Position numbers and translations under genes: made by a program. From Armatimonadota bacterium (GTDB taxonomy: Bacteria; Armatimonadota; SYMT01): a stretch of DNA of 64,000 bases. The stretch lies in assembly GCA_046292385.1 (NCBI GenBank), contig JBKBRF010000009.1:93840-157839 (forward strand), read 5' to 3'. Position 1 is the first letter of the stretch. Each line of letters starts with the position of its first letter. Positions 1-10,329 of this stretch are shown one piece after another. The notes beneath the pieces are model-generated. The model did not search any database, was not told where the DNA came from, and worked only from the letters and a program-made list of their open reading frames with translations.

Positions 1-358
1 GTCGGGCGACTTCAAGCTCCGTGCGCGAAGGATGCCGGGCCTGCCGCTCACTGCGGCGGAGCCGGACGCCGGCTTCGAGGACCGGGCGCTTCCGGAGCCG
101 CACCGCATCCGCTCCGGGTGGGTCGGCGTCTTCCGGGCGCGCGCTCCCCTACCGGAGATCGGCTCCTACGTGGAGGCGGGGACCGTGCTCGGGCAGATCG
201 ACTCGATGCGCGTGCTGAACCCGGTCGCCGCGGACCAGTCCGGTTATCTGCTGGCGAGCCGGGTAGAAGACGGGGACGGAGTGGAGTACGGCCAGGAGCT
301 GTTCGTGCTCTCCGTCGGGGCGCCGGAGGGGAGCGAGCAGGCACCGGAGGCGGACTGA
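1..358 (+). CDS. Biotin carboxyl carrier protein (AccB)-like biotinyl/lipoyl-domain protein, 5'-partial, lacking the biotinylated lysine
   Basis: Frame is open from base 2 (SGDFKLRARRMPG...). BCCP-like motifs IRSGWVGVF, VEAGTVLGQIDSMRVLN and VEDGDGVEYGQELF. Lies upstream of accC. Canonical (E)AMK reads DSMR. Confidence 0.8.
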   Translation, partial: SGDFKLRARRMPGLPLTAAEPDAGFEDRALPEPHRIRSGWVGVFRARAPLPEIGSYVEAGTVLGQIDSMRVLNPVAADQSGYLLASRVEDGDGVEYGQELFVLSVGAPEGSEQAPEAD

Positions 359-735
359 TGCAGCGAGCGCGCCGCGGCTTTTCCCTGGTCGAGATCCTGG
401 TGGTGATCGTCGTGATCGCCGTCCTGGCGGCGGTGCTCTACCCGATGTACGTCAAGGGCGGCAAGACGCCCGACGGCAAGCAGACGCAGTCGCCGATCCA
501 GGCCGCGCACTCCGTGGAGTGCATGAACAACCTGAGCCAGATCCGGCAGGCGCACCAGATGGCGACCGCGACCGGTGATCTCGAGAACCCGGTCACCGGG
601 CTCGAGAGCCTGAAGAGCTACGGCATCAGCGATTCGATGACGGCGTGCCCGGTCAGCAAAGCGGCCTACCAGTACGATCCCGCCACCGGCCAGGTACGCT
701 GCCCCACCCATTCCGGCGCGGAAGCGCCCCGGTAG
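358..735 (+). CDS. Small type IV pilin/pseudopilin-like protein with prepilin N-terminal cleavage/methylation motif
   Basis: ATG at 358 overlaps the upstream TGA (TGATG). MQRARRG|FSLVEILVVIVVIAVLAAVLYP class III signal, CMNNLSQI motif and a C-terminal CP..CPTH pair. Confidence 0.85.
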   Translation: MQRARRGFSLVEILVVIVVIAVLAAVLYPMYVKGGKTPDGKQTQSPIQAAHSVECMNNLSQIRQAHQMATATGDLENPVTGLESLKSYGISDSMTACPVSKAAYQYDPATGQVRCPTHSGAEAPR

Positions 736-805
736 GCCCGGCGGCACCCCGCGCGCCCGCCGCCTCGCTCGTCAGCTTCGCTCCCCAACCGGGGCGGCGC
801 TGGGA

Positions 806-811
806 TACACT
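806..811 (+). promoter_or_regulatory. Putative -10 element (TACACT) 6 nt upstream of the accC ATG; possible leaderless promoter
   Basis: TANNNT-N6-ATG geometry and no evident Shine-Dalgarno sequence. Confidence 0.4.
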
Positions 812-817
812 GACGGG

Positions 818-2158
<1,341 letters not shown>

Positions 2159-2415
2159 CGGCCCCGGGCCGGCGCGTCACTCCGTACGAAAGATTGGGGT
2201 TCGGCGGCCTTGCGCGGGCGGTATCACAAGTAGTCCTCACGAGGAACCCGCCGCACCCGCCGCGAACTACAGGGCAACAGCCGGATGCCTGTTCGATAAT
2301 AGACCATCCGACCGCCGCACCCCCAGGCGCCATCGAACCGGTCCGCCGGAAGATAAAACGAACCGGAAGGCGCAGCGGGACCACCCAGGAGATGACGTAG
2401 GAGCCTGGGCCGAGC

Positions 2416-2874
2416 ATGAGCAAGAACAGGAACGCCCGAGAACTGGTGCTGAAGGTGCTCTTCCAGATCGACGTGGGCAAGCTCCCCGCCGAGGAAGTCC
2501 TGGAGACCGCCTTCGAGCAGGTCAAGCCCAGCACCGAAGAGCGCCGCTACACGCGCGAGATGGTGGACGGCGTGCTGGGGGAGATCTCCCGGCTCGACGC
2601 CATCATCGACGAGCTGGCCCAGGGCTGGCGCCTGGAGCGCCTGGCGCGGGTCGACAAGAACGTGCTCCGCGCCGCGCTCTACGAGTTAACCCACCGGCCC
2701 GACTCCCCCGCGAGCACGGTGATCAACGACGCCGTGGAGATTGCCAAGAAGTATTCCACGGAAGACAGTCCCCGCTTCGTGAACGGGATCCTCGGCAGCT
2801 ACCAACGGCGGCTGAAGGAGGCCGGGGGCGAGACGACGTCCGATCCGGACGAGATCGAGATAGGCGCACACTGA
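2416..2874 (+). CDS. nusB: Transcription antitermination factor NusB
   Basis: R..ARE..LFQ, W.LERLARVDKNVLR, VINDAVEIAKKYS and FVNGILG motifs; GGAG Shine-Dalgarno. Confidence 0.95.
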   Translation: MSKNRNARELVLKVLFQIDVGKLPAEEVLETAFEQVKPSTEERRYTREMVDGVLGEISRLDAIIDELAQGWRLERLARVDKNVLRAALYELTHRPDSPASTVINDAVEIAKKYSTEDSPRFVNGILGSYQRRLKEAGGETTSDPDEIEIGAH

Positions 2875-4796
2875 TGGCAAGAATCCTCGACAGCGTGAAC
2901 GACCCCGCGGACCTGAAAGGGCTCTCGGTTGCCGAGCTGAAGCAGCTCGCGGAAGAGATCCGCGGAGAGATCATCGAGAATATCGCGAACGTGGGGGGCC
3001 ATTTCGCGCCGAACCTCGGCTCGGTCGAGATCACCCTCGCCCTCCATTCGGTGCTCTCCAGCCCGAAGGACAAGATCGTCTGGGACGTGGGGCATCAGAC
3101 CTACCCGCACAAGCTGGTCACCGGCCGCCGCGAGCGGTTCCACACCATCAAACAGCTCGGCGGCATCAGCGGCTACTGCAAGCGCGCGGAGAGCCCGCAC
3201 GACCACATCGAGGCGGGCCACGGCGGCACGTCGATCTCCGCCGCGCTCGGCTTCGCCGTGGCGCGGGACATGCGCGGCACGGATGAGACGGTGGTCGCCG
3301 TAATCGGCGACGGCTCCCTCACCACCGGCCTGGCGCAGGAAGCGCTGAACAATGCCGGCAGCCGGAAAGACTGCAACCTGGTCATCCTGCTGAACGACAA
3401 CTCGATGTCGATCGCGCCGAACGTCGGCGCCATCAGCGACTACCTCGGCAAGATCCGGGCGGAGCCCCACTACCTGTGGGCCAAGCGCGAGGCGGAGCAC
3501 GTGCTGCACCACCTCCCGCTCGGCGACCGCATCCTGGACGCCATCGGCCGCGTCAAGGACGGTGTCAAGCAGCTCGTGGTGCCGGGGATGCTGTTCGAAG
3601 AGCTCGGCTTCACCTACCTCGGCCCGCTCGACGGCCACTGCATCGAGAGCCTGCAGGCGGCGCTGGTGCAGGCGCAGCGGATCGGCGGCCCGGTGGTAAT
3701 CCACGCGGTCACCCAGAAGGGGAAGGGCTACGCCCCCGCGGAGGCCGACCCGTTCAAGTGGCACGCCACCTCCCCGTTCGACCCGAAGACCGGCGAGGCG
3801 AAGAGCAAGAGCAGCGCCTCCACCTACTCCAAGGTCTTCGCGAAGACGCTGATCCACCTGGCGAACAACGACCGGCGGATCGTCGGCATCACCGCGGCGA
3901 TGCCGGACGGCACCGGACTGCTGGAGTTCCAGAAGATCCACCCGGACCGCTTTATCGACGTCTCCATGGCGGAGCAGCACGCGGTCACCTTCGCGGCGGG
4001 TCTGGCGGCGGCGGGGATGCGCCCCGTTTGCGCCATCTACAGCACCTTCCTGCAGCGGGCCTACGACGAGATCATCCACGACGTCTGCATCATGGACTTC
4101 CCGGTCGTCTTCGCGATGGACCGCGGCGGCCTGGCGGGCGACGACGGCCCGACGCACCAGGGGGTATTCGACATCGCCTACATGCGGTCGATCCCGAACA
4201 TGGTGCTGATGGCGCCGAAGGATGAGCCGGAGCTGCAGCGGATGCTCGCCACGGCGGTCACCCACCCCGGCCCGATCGGCGTGCGCTACCCGCGCGGCGG
4301 CGGACCGGGCGCGGAGCTGCTCTCCGACCCGCAGCCCCTGCCGATCGGCGTCGGCGAGTCGCTGCGCGAAGGCGACGACGTCGCGATCATCGGCTTCGGC
4401 TACGGCGTCACCCCGGCGCTCCAGGCGGCCGAGCTGCTGGCGGAAGAAGGCATCCAGGCGACCGTCATCAACGCCCGCTTCTGCAAGCCGCTCGACACCG
4501 AGCTGATCCTGGAAGCGGCGCGCCGCTGCGGACGCGTGATCACCGTTGAGGACGGCGTGCGCCAGGGCGGCTTCGGCAGCGCGGTGCTGGAGATGCTCCA
4601 GGACCACGGCTGCCAGGTGCCGGTGCGCCGCCTCGGCATCCCGGACCGGTTCATCGAGCACGGCAAGCGAGAGAAGCTGCTGGAGCTGCTCGGGCTCGAC
4701 GGCGCGGGCGTGGCGCGCAGCGCGCGGGAGCTGGTCCGCGGCATCCCGAGCGGCGAGATGGTGCCGGACCTGAGCACGCTGCCGCGTTCGAGTTAG
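2874..4796 (+). CDS. dxs: 1-deoxy-D-xylulose-5-phosphate synthase
   Basis: WDVGHQTYPHK, GDGSL..G...EALNN ThDP motif, ITAAMPDGTGL, AEQHAV, YSTFLQRAYD and DGPTHQG; overlaps the nusB stop. Confidence 0.97.
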   Translation: MARILDSVNDPADLKGLSVAELKQLAEEIRGEIIENIANVGGHFAPNLGSVEITLALHSVLSSPKDKIVWDVGHQTYPHKLVTGRRERFHTIKQLGGISGYCKRAESPHDHIEAGHGGTSISAALGFAVARDMRGTDETVVAVIGDGSLTTGLAQEALNNAGSRKDCNLVILLNDNSMSIAPNVGAISDYLGKIRAEPHYLWAKREAEHVLHHLPLGDRILDAIGRVKDGVKQLVVPGMLFEELGFTYLGPLDGHCIESLQAALVQAQRIGGPVVIHAVTQKGKGYAPAEADPFKWHATSPFDPKTGEAKSKSSASTYSKVFAKTLIHLANNDRRIVGITAAMPDGTGLLEFQKIHPDRFIDVSMAEQHAVTFAAGLAAAGMRPVCAIYSTFLQRAYDEIIHDVCIMDFPVVFAMDRGGLAGDDGPTHQGVFDIAYMRSIPNMVLMAPKDEPELQRMLATAVTHPGPIGVRYPRGGGPGAELLSDPQPLPIGVGESLREGDDVAIIGFGYGVTPALQAAELLAEEGIQATVINARFCKPLDTELILEAARRCGRVITVEDGVRQGGFGSAVLEMLQDHGCQVPVRRLGIPDRFIEHGKREKLLELLGLDGAGVARSARELVRGIPSGEMVPDLSTLPRSS

Positions 4797-4886
4797 ACCC
4801 GCTCGAGAGCAACTGAAGACCCGCCGGAGGCACGGAGTACCGCGAGGTCCCGTGCCTCCGCTGCGTTGTGGAGCCGGAGGTGCCGC

Positions 4887-6626
4887 ATGGAGAGCAATGG
4901 TGATGGGGGCCGGCTGCGCCGGAGGGACTTCGTGAAGCGAGCGGCGGCGGCGATCTCGGCCGCGCCGGCCATCGCGGCTGCCGCCGAAGCCGAAGCGGCA
5001 GCCGCGCCGAACGACCCGATCACGCCGGCCGACGTCGAGACCGCGCTCCGCCTCTCCGGCCGCGACTACCCCGCCGAAAAACGGGAGCAGATGGCCCGCC
5101 GCCTCGCGGGCACCCGCACCCGGCTGGAAGCGGTCCGCGCCGCCGCTCCGGAGATCGGCGACCCGGCGGTCGAGTTCGACCCGCGCCTCCCCGGCATGAA
5201 GCTCCCGAAGCTCTCCGCGGAAGTGCGGATGAGTGCCGGCCCCGCCCCGAGATACGACGGGAACCCTGAAAGCCTGGCTTTCGCCAGCGTGGTAGAGCTC
5301 TCCCGCCTGGTGAAGGCGCGCCGGATCAGCTCCGCGGCGCTGACCCGGATGTACCTCGACCGACTGAAGCGGATCGGGCCGCGGCTCAACTGCGTCGTCA
5401 CCCTCACGGAGGAGCTGGCGCTGCGGCAGGCGGAGTCGGCCGACCGGGAGATCGCGGCGGGGCGCTACCGCGGGCCGCTGCACGGGATCCCCTGGGGCGC
5501 GAAAGACCTGCTGGCGACGAAGGGCATCCGCACCACCTGGGGCGCGAAGCCGTACGAGGCGCAGGTCTTCGATTACGACGCCACGGTGGTCCGCCGCCTG
5601 GAGGAGGCGGGGGCCGTGCTCGTCGCCAAGCTCACGACCGGGGAGCTGGCGCTGGGCGACGTCTGGTTCGGCGGCATGACGCGGAATCCCTGGGACCCGA
5701 AGACCGGCTCCAGCGGATCCTCCGCCGGTCCCGGCAGCGCCACCGCGGCGGGACTCGTCGGCTTCTCGATCGGATCGGAGACGCTCGGCAGCATCACCAG
5801 CCCCTCCGTGGTGAACGGCGTCGCCGGCCTGCGCCCCACTTTCGGACGCGTCTCCCGGCACGGGGCGATGGCGCTCTGCTGGACGATGGACAAGCTCGGC
5901 CCGATGTGCCGGAGCGTGGAAGACTGCGCGCTGGTGCTCGCGGAGATCTACGGTCCGGACGGGGAGGACGGCACCGTGGTCGACCTACCGTTCGGGTGGA
6001 ACCCGCGGAGCCGGCTCGCCGGGCTGCGGGTGGGGATCGATACGGCGGCCTTCGCCGCACTTGAGCGCGCGAAGGACCGCAAGCCGGTCTACGACGCCGC
6101 CCTCGACGTGCTCCGCGGTCTCGGCCTGGAGCTGAAGCCGGTCGAGCTGCCGCCGATGAGCGATGCGTACCGCGCCCTCGCTGGAATGATGATCGACGTC
6201 GAGTCGGCGGCGAGCTTCTCCCGCCTGACCGAGACCGGAGGCACCGACCTGCTCGCACGCCAGGCCGACGGCTCCTGGCCGAACACCTTCCGCACCGGCG
6301 CAACCATCCCCGCCGTCGACTACCTCCAGGCGCTCCGCGTGCGGCGGCAGCTTCAGCGCGACGTGGCAAAAGCACTAGAAGAGGTCGACCTCTACGTCAC
6401 CGTCCCCTTCGCCGGCCCCTCGCTCGTCTACACCAACCTGACCGGCCATCCGGAGCTGGTAACGCGCTGCGGGATGCTCGACGGAAAGCCGGAGTCGATC
6501 TCGTTCGTGGGGGCGCTCTACCGGGAGGACGCGATCCTGCGCGTGGCCCACGCCTTCGAGCGCGCCACACCGTGGCACCGCCAGTGGCCGAACACCGAGA
6601 AGATCCCGCCGCTTTCCACGCCGTAG
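4887..6626 (+). CDS. Amidase signature family protein with Tat signal peptide
   Basis: GGAGG SD before ATG 4887. RRRDFVK twin-arginine signal. GPLHGIPWGAKD, SSGSSAG and GSETLGSI supply the Lys-Ser-Ser triad. Confidence 0.9.
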   Translation: MESNGDGGRLRRRDFVKRAAAAISAAPAIAAAAEAEAAAAPNDPITPADVETALRLSGRDYPAEKREQMARRLAGTRTRLEAVRAAAPEIGDPAVEFDPRLPGMKLPKLSAEVRMSAGPAPRYDGNPESLAFASVVELSRLVKARRISSAALTRMYLDRLKRIGPRLNCVVTLTEELALRQAESADREIAAGRYRGPLHGIPWGAKDLLATKGIRTTWGAKPYEAQVFDYDATVVRRLEEAGAVLVAKLTTGELALGDVWFGGMTRNPWDPKTGSSGSSAGPGSATAAGLVGFSIGSETLGSITSPSVVNGVAGLRPTFGRVSRHGAMALCWTMDKLGPMCRSVEDCALVLAEIYGPDGEDGTVVDLPFGWNPRSRLAGLRVGIDTAAFAALERAKDRKPVYDAALDVLRGLGLELKPVELPPMSDAYRALAGMMIDVESAASFSRLTETGGTDLLARQADGSWPNTFRTGATIPAVDYLQALRVRRQLQRDVAKALEEVDLYVTVPFAGPSLVYTNLTGHPELVTRCGMLDGKPESISFVGALYREDAILRVAHAFERATPWHRQWPNTEKIPPLSTP

Positions 6627-6637
6627 GGAAAGCTCGT

Positions 6638-7699
6638 CTACTCCGAGCTTCCGGGGAGCCGGAGGTCCGCGACGACCGCCCGGTGATCGGAGCCGTCCGG
6701 CGATCCGGTCCAGCAGCGCTCCACCTCCAGCGCCGGCGAGACCAGGATGTGGTCGATCCGCACGAACGAGTGGCCCAGGCGGGTCGCGTGGCCGTAGGTG
6801 TAGCCGTATCCCCGCCCCCGCTCCGCGAACGCGTCGCGGAATCCGGCACCGCGGAGGGTGCGGTGCACCAGCGAGCGCGCCGGCGCGTTGAAGTCGCCGG
6901 CTATCAGGACCGGCCCCCTCTCCGCCCGCAGCTCCTCTGCGATCGCGGCGGCCCGGAAAACGCGCGCGCCGGCTTCCTCCTGGAGCTGCGGCAGCGCCGC
7001 CGGCCCGCGCCGCAGCACCGCGGCCAGGCTATCTCGCGGGGTGTCGAGGTGCAGGTTGTAAAGCGTGACCGCCCCTCTGGGAGCGAGCACCCGGCACCGC
7101 ACGTAGCGACGCCACTCCGGCCCCCCGCGCAGCGAGCGGACACTGATCTCCGCCAGCGGGTAGCGGCTGGCCACGATGCAGCCGGAGATCCCGGCCAGGT
7201 GCCAACCGGACCGGAGGAGGGGCGGGAGCTGCGGCGGCGCGCCCGACTCTTGCAGGCAGACCAGATCCGGAGCGAGCCGCCGCAGCTCCCGATCGACCGC
7301 CGGACTGTCCCACTTGGTCGCGATGTTATAGGTGACGAGGCGCAGGCACCCCGGCGCGCCGGTGGACCCGGATCGCAGGCTCCAGTGAAAGCCCATCGCC
7401 GGGCCAAGCACCCAGAGGAGCGGCAGGAGCGCGAGCCAGGCGCGGCGGCTCCGGCGCAGCAGCGTCAGGAGGAGCGCGGCGGCCGGTAGCGCCCAGAGCC
7501 ACTGCGGGGCATAGAGGTTGGCGGTGCTCCACCAGAAGCGCTCCGGACCGCTGCGGTCGGCGAGGCAGAGCGCGGCCAGGGCTCCGAGGTAGAGCACCGC
7601 CGCGAGATACCGGAGGGTCCGGAGCAGGCGCCTCCCCGAGAGGAGCCGCCGCGCCGCGGCCCGGGCCCCTCCTTCCCGCACCGCGCTAGCGGAGGCCAT
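6638..7699 (-). CDS. Endonuclease/exonuclease/phosphatase (EEP) family protein with N-terminal membrane segments
   Basis: VTYNI, DLVCLQE, NLHL, AGDFN, RIDHIL and SDHRAV motifs. Start is uncertain (ATG 7699 or GTG 7681). Confidence 0.88.
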   Translation of the reverse strand: MASASAVREGGARAAARRLLSGRRLLRTLRYLAAVLYLGALAALCLADRSGPERFWWSTANLYAPQWLWALPAAALLLTLLRRSRRAWLALLPLLWVLGPAMGFHWSLRSGSTGAPGCLRLVTYNIATKWDSPAVDRELRRLAPDLVCLQESGAPPQLPPLLRSGWHLAGISGCIVASRYPLAEISVRSLRGGPEWRRYVRCRVLAPRGAVTLYNLHLDTPRDSLAAVLRRGPAALPQLQEEAGARVFRAAAIAEELRAERGPVLIAGDFNAPARSLVHRTLRGAGFRDAFAERGRGYGYTYGHATRLGHSFVRIDHILVSPALEVERCWTGSPDGSDHRAVVADLRLPGSSE

Positions 7700-9167
7700 T
7701 GGCCAGGAGGTTGATCGCCAGGATCGACCCGATCGCACACGCGCCGATTGCCAGGAAGTCGACCGGCCGCAGCCGCGGGTCGTACCGGCCCTCCTTCGCT
7801 CCCTCCGCTTCGGAGTGGGAGAGCTGCGCGGCGTGCGGCAGCGCGAGGAACAGGTAGAGTACCGGCACGTAAGTGCGGGAGAGCCAGAACGCCGCGGCCA
7901 GGAATCCGAGCAGGGCCAGGCGCGCCCCCAGGATCTCGCCCTCGATCGCCGCGGCCTTCTTCGGCAGCGCCTCCTGCGAGCGCCGCCGGCGGCGGAAGCA
8001 GCTGTAGATGCAGCCGGTCCAGAAGAAGTAGCCGAGCAGCCCCACCTCCGCAAAGCACTGCACGAAGGAGTTGTGGGCCAGCATCCCGCCATTCACTTCC
8101 GCGAAGCGCCCGAAGCCGACCCCGGTGAGCGGACTCTCGGCGAGCTGGGAGATTCCGTTCGACCAGAACCAGAAGCGGGAGTTGGCGGACGCCTCGGCGC
8201 TGTCGAAGTTGGTCATGCGCCCCGGGGCGACCACCAGCAGCACCATCCCGATCGCGACGGCCAGCACCACCGCCGCCAGCCGCTGCTTCAGGTGGGTCAG
8301 GAGGAAGACCCCTCCCACCACCAGCAGCGCCAGGAAGCCGCCGCGGGAATTGGTGAGGAGCGTGGCGGTAAGAACGACCAGCCCGAGCGCGGAGTAGCAG
8401 AACCGGGCGAACCCGCTGGTGTTCCGGAGCCGGACCAGGATCAACGCGATCCCCGCCACCATCACGGCGGCCAGGTCGTTCGGGTCGCCGAAGATGCCGG
8501 TGGTCTGGGAGCGCAGCGTCCCCGCGTGGTCCATCGCGCCGCCCGTGTAATAGCGGTAGATCGAGTACGCGGCAACGTACGCGGTGAAGACCAGGATCGA
8601 CGTCACGAACGCACGGTAGCGCTGCGGACTGCGGATCAGGTTCACTACCAGGAAGACGAGTGCCGCCAGCTTGCCCACTTCCGTCGCGGCTTCAGCGGTG
8701 TTACCGTAAGGGAGGGTGCTTGCGATTAGCGCCGCCGCAAACCCGAGCATCATCGGGTTCAGCGGCGTGGAGGCCACCCGCTCCCGCCGCACGCAGAGCT
8801 GCACCAGGCACGCGGCGATCGTGACCATCGAGACCCCCAGGCTGAGGCGCATTCCCTGCAGCCCGGGGATGATCTCCTCCGGCCGGACGTAGAGGAGCCC
8901 GACGAAGAGGACCAGCCCCCAGAACGGCACGGCCGGTCCCAGGACCAGGATCAACAGGCAGAGCTCCACCGCGATGACCTGCAGCTCGTTGGCGCGCGCG
9001 AACGAGAGGGCCAGTACCAGCGGGATGCCGAGGAGCGCGGCGAAGAAGACCAGCGCCTGTCCCCAGTCTCCGGGCCTCCTCAGCCGGAGGCGAGAGCCTG
9101 CTTCCGAACGGTGTGCCAGCTGCTGCACGAGATGATCTCCAGGTGTCAAAGGTCGGATCGGAGGCAC
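7686..9167 (-). CDS. O-antigen ligase/Wzy-type polymerase family membrane protein
   Basis: Many hydrophobic segments plus FGDPNDLA, TNSRGGFL, R...W, PLTGVG and AHNSF motifs. Confidence 0.88.
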   Translation of the reverse strand: MPPIRPLTPGDHLVQQLAHRSEAGSRLRLRRPGDWGQALVFFAALLGIPLVLALSFARANELQVIAVELCLLILVLGPAVPFWGLVLFVGLLYVRPEEIIPGLQGMRLSLGVSMVTIAACLVQLCVRRERVASTPLNPMMLGFAAALIASTLPYGNTAEAATEVGKLAALVFLVVNLIRSPQRYRAFVTSILVFTAYVAAYSIYRYYTGGAMDHAGTLRSQTTGIFGDPNDLAAVMVAGIALILVRLRNTSGFARFCYSALGLVVLTATLLTNSRGGFLALLVVGGVFLLTHLKQRLAAVVLAVAIGMVLLVVAPGRMTNFDSAEASANSRFWFWSNGISQLAESPLTGVGFGRFAEVNGGMLAHNSFVQCFAEVGLLGYFFWTGCIYSCFRRRRRSQEALPKKAAAIEGEILGARLALLGFLAAAFWLSRTYVPVLYLFLALPHAAQLSHSEAEGAKEGRYDPRLRPVDFLAIGACAIGSILAINLLANGLR

Positions 9168-9186
9168 TCCCGGCGATGCGGTCCGG

Positions 9187-10311
9187 CTAGCCGAACAACA
9201 TCACGGCGACGGTGCGGACCATGATCGTCAGGTCGAACCAGGGCGACTGGTTCGAGAGGTAGATCAGGTCGAACCGCAGCTTCTCCCGCGCGTGGGTGTG
9301 GTAGCCGGCACGCACCTGGGCCAGGCCGGTAATCCCGGGCCGCACCAGGTGCCGGCGCCAGTAGTCCGGAATCTCCCGCTCGTACTCCTCCACGAAGCAG
9401 GGTCGCTCCGGGCGAGGGCCGACCAGGCTCATCTCCCCGCGCAGCACGTTCCAGAGCTGGGGCAGCTCGTCCAGCCGCAGCCGCTTCAGCCACCGGCCCG
9501 CGGCGGTGAGACGCTCGTCGTTCATCCCGGAGGAGAGCACCGGCCCGGTCTTCGTCTCCGCGTCCTGCACCATGGTGCGGAACTTGTAGAGCAGGAACGG
9601 CACCCCGTAGCGGCCCACCCGCTCCTGGGCGAAGAGGACCGGTCCCGGCGAGGAGAGGCGTACGATCAGCGCGATCAGCAGCAGCGCCGGCGAGAGCAGC
9701 AGCAGCGCCGCCGCGGAGACCGCCACGTCGAGCACCCGCTTTACCCGCTGCCCGGGCGGGCGAGCGGCCTCGGCAAGCTGGACCACGGCCACGTCGCCCA
9801 CGTTCCGGACCCGGGGAAGCGGCAGCAGTGCCTCGAAGCTGGTCGGCACCACGCTCAGCCGCACGTTCGGGCACCGGGCGCTCAGCTCCGCGGAGAGCTC
9901 CTGCTGCCACGTGGGCGCGTAGGCCACGTAGACCTCGTCCACGCCGAGCCGCTCCACCAGCGCCGACGTCTGCTCCCGCGGCCCGAGCACCGGCCAGCGG
10001 CCTTCCCCGGGATCGGCGCGGTCGTCCACGAAGCCGACCACCTGGTGCCGTCCGCCCGCTTCCAGGCCTTCCGCCAGCATCCGGCCCACCCGGCCGGCCC
10101 CGACGATCAGCGTGCGGACGGCACCCTCCGCGGCAGCGGGCTTGCGCCACGCCCGGCGGGGACGAGCCTCCGGCTCACGCTCCAGGACCACCGCGAAGAG
10201 CAGCAGCAGTCCGAGGAGCACGATGCCGGCGAGCACCGGATCGGCGAGCGAAGACGACGCGATCCACCGCAAGGGAGATTGCAGCCAAGTCGAGGTGAGA
10301 TAGAGATCCAT
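9187..10311 (-). CDS. Priming polyprenyl-phosphate hexose-1-phosphate transferase (bacterial sugar transferase)
   Basis: KRVLD, YKFRTM, DELPQLWNVLRGEMSLVGPRPE and RPGITGLAQV motifs; preceded by a Rossmann-like IVGAG domain. Confidence 0.93.
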   Translation of the reverse strand: MDLYLTSTWLQSPLRWIASSSLADPVLAGIVLLGLLLLFAVVLEREPEARPRRAWRKPAAAEGAVRTLIVGAGRVGRMLAEGLEAGGRHQVVGFVDDRADPGEGRWPVLGPREQTSALVERLGVDEVYVAYAPTWQQELSAELSARCPNVRLSVVPTSFEALLPLPRVRNVGDVAVVQLAEAARPPGQRVKRVLDVAVSAAALLLLSPALLLIALIVRLSSPGPVLFAQERVGRYGVPFLLYKFRTMVQDAETKTGPVLSSGMNDERLTAAGRWLKRLRLDELPQLWNVLRGEMSLVGPRPERPCFVEEYEREIPDYWRRHLVRPGITGLAQVRAGYHTHAREKLRFDLIYLSNQSPWFDLTIMVRTVAVMLFG

Positions 10312-10329
10312 GAGCGGTGTCCCCCCTCA

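Noticed and set aside
2160..2415. Possible ncRNA (for example 6S) or leader between accC and nusB, with a weak hairpin and an 11-bp direct repeat CCGCCGCACCC
   Set aside because: No recognisable family motif, and the pairing is what GC-rich DNA gives by chance.
2799..5861. 1020-aa minus-strand ORF
   Set aside because: Antisense shadow of dxs and the amidase, typical of high-GC codon bias; no domain motifs.
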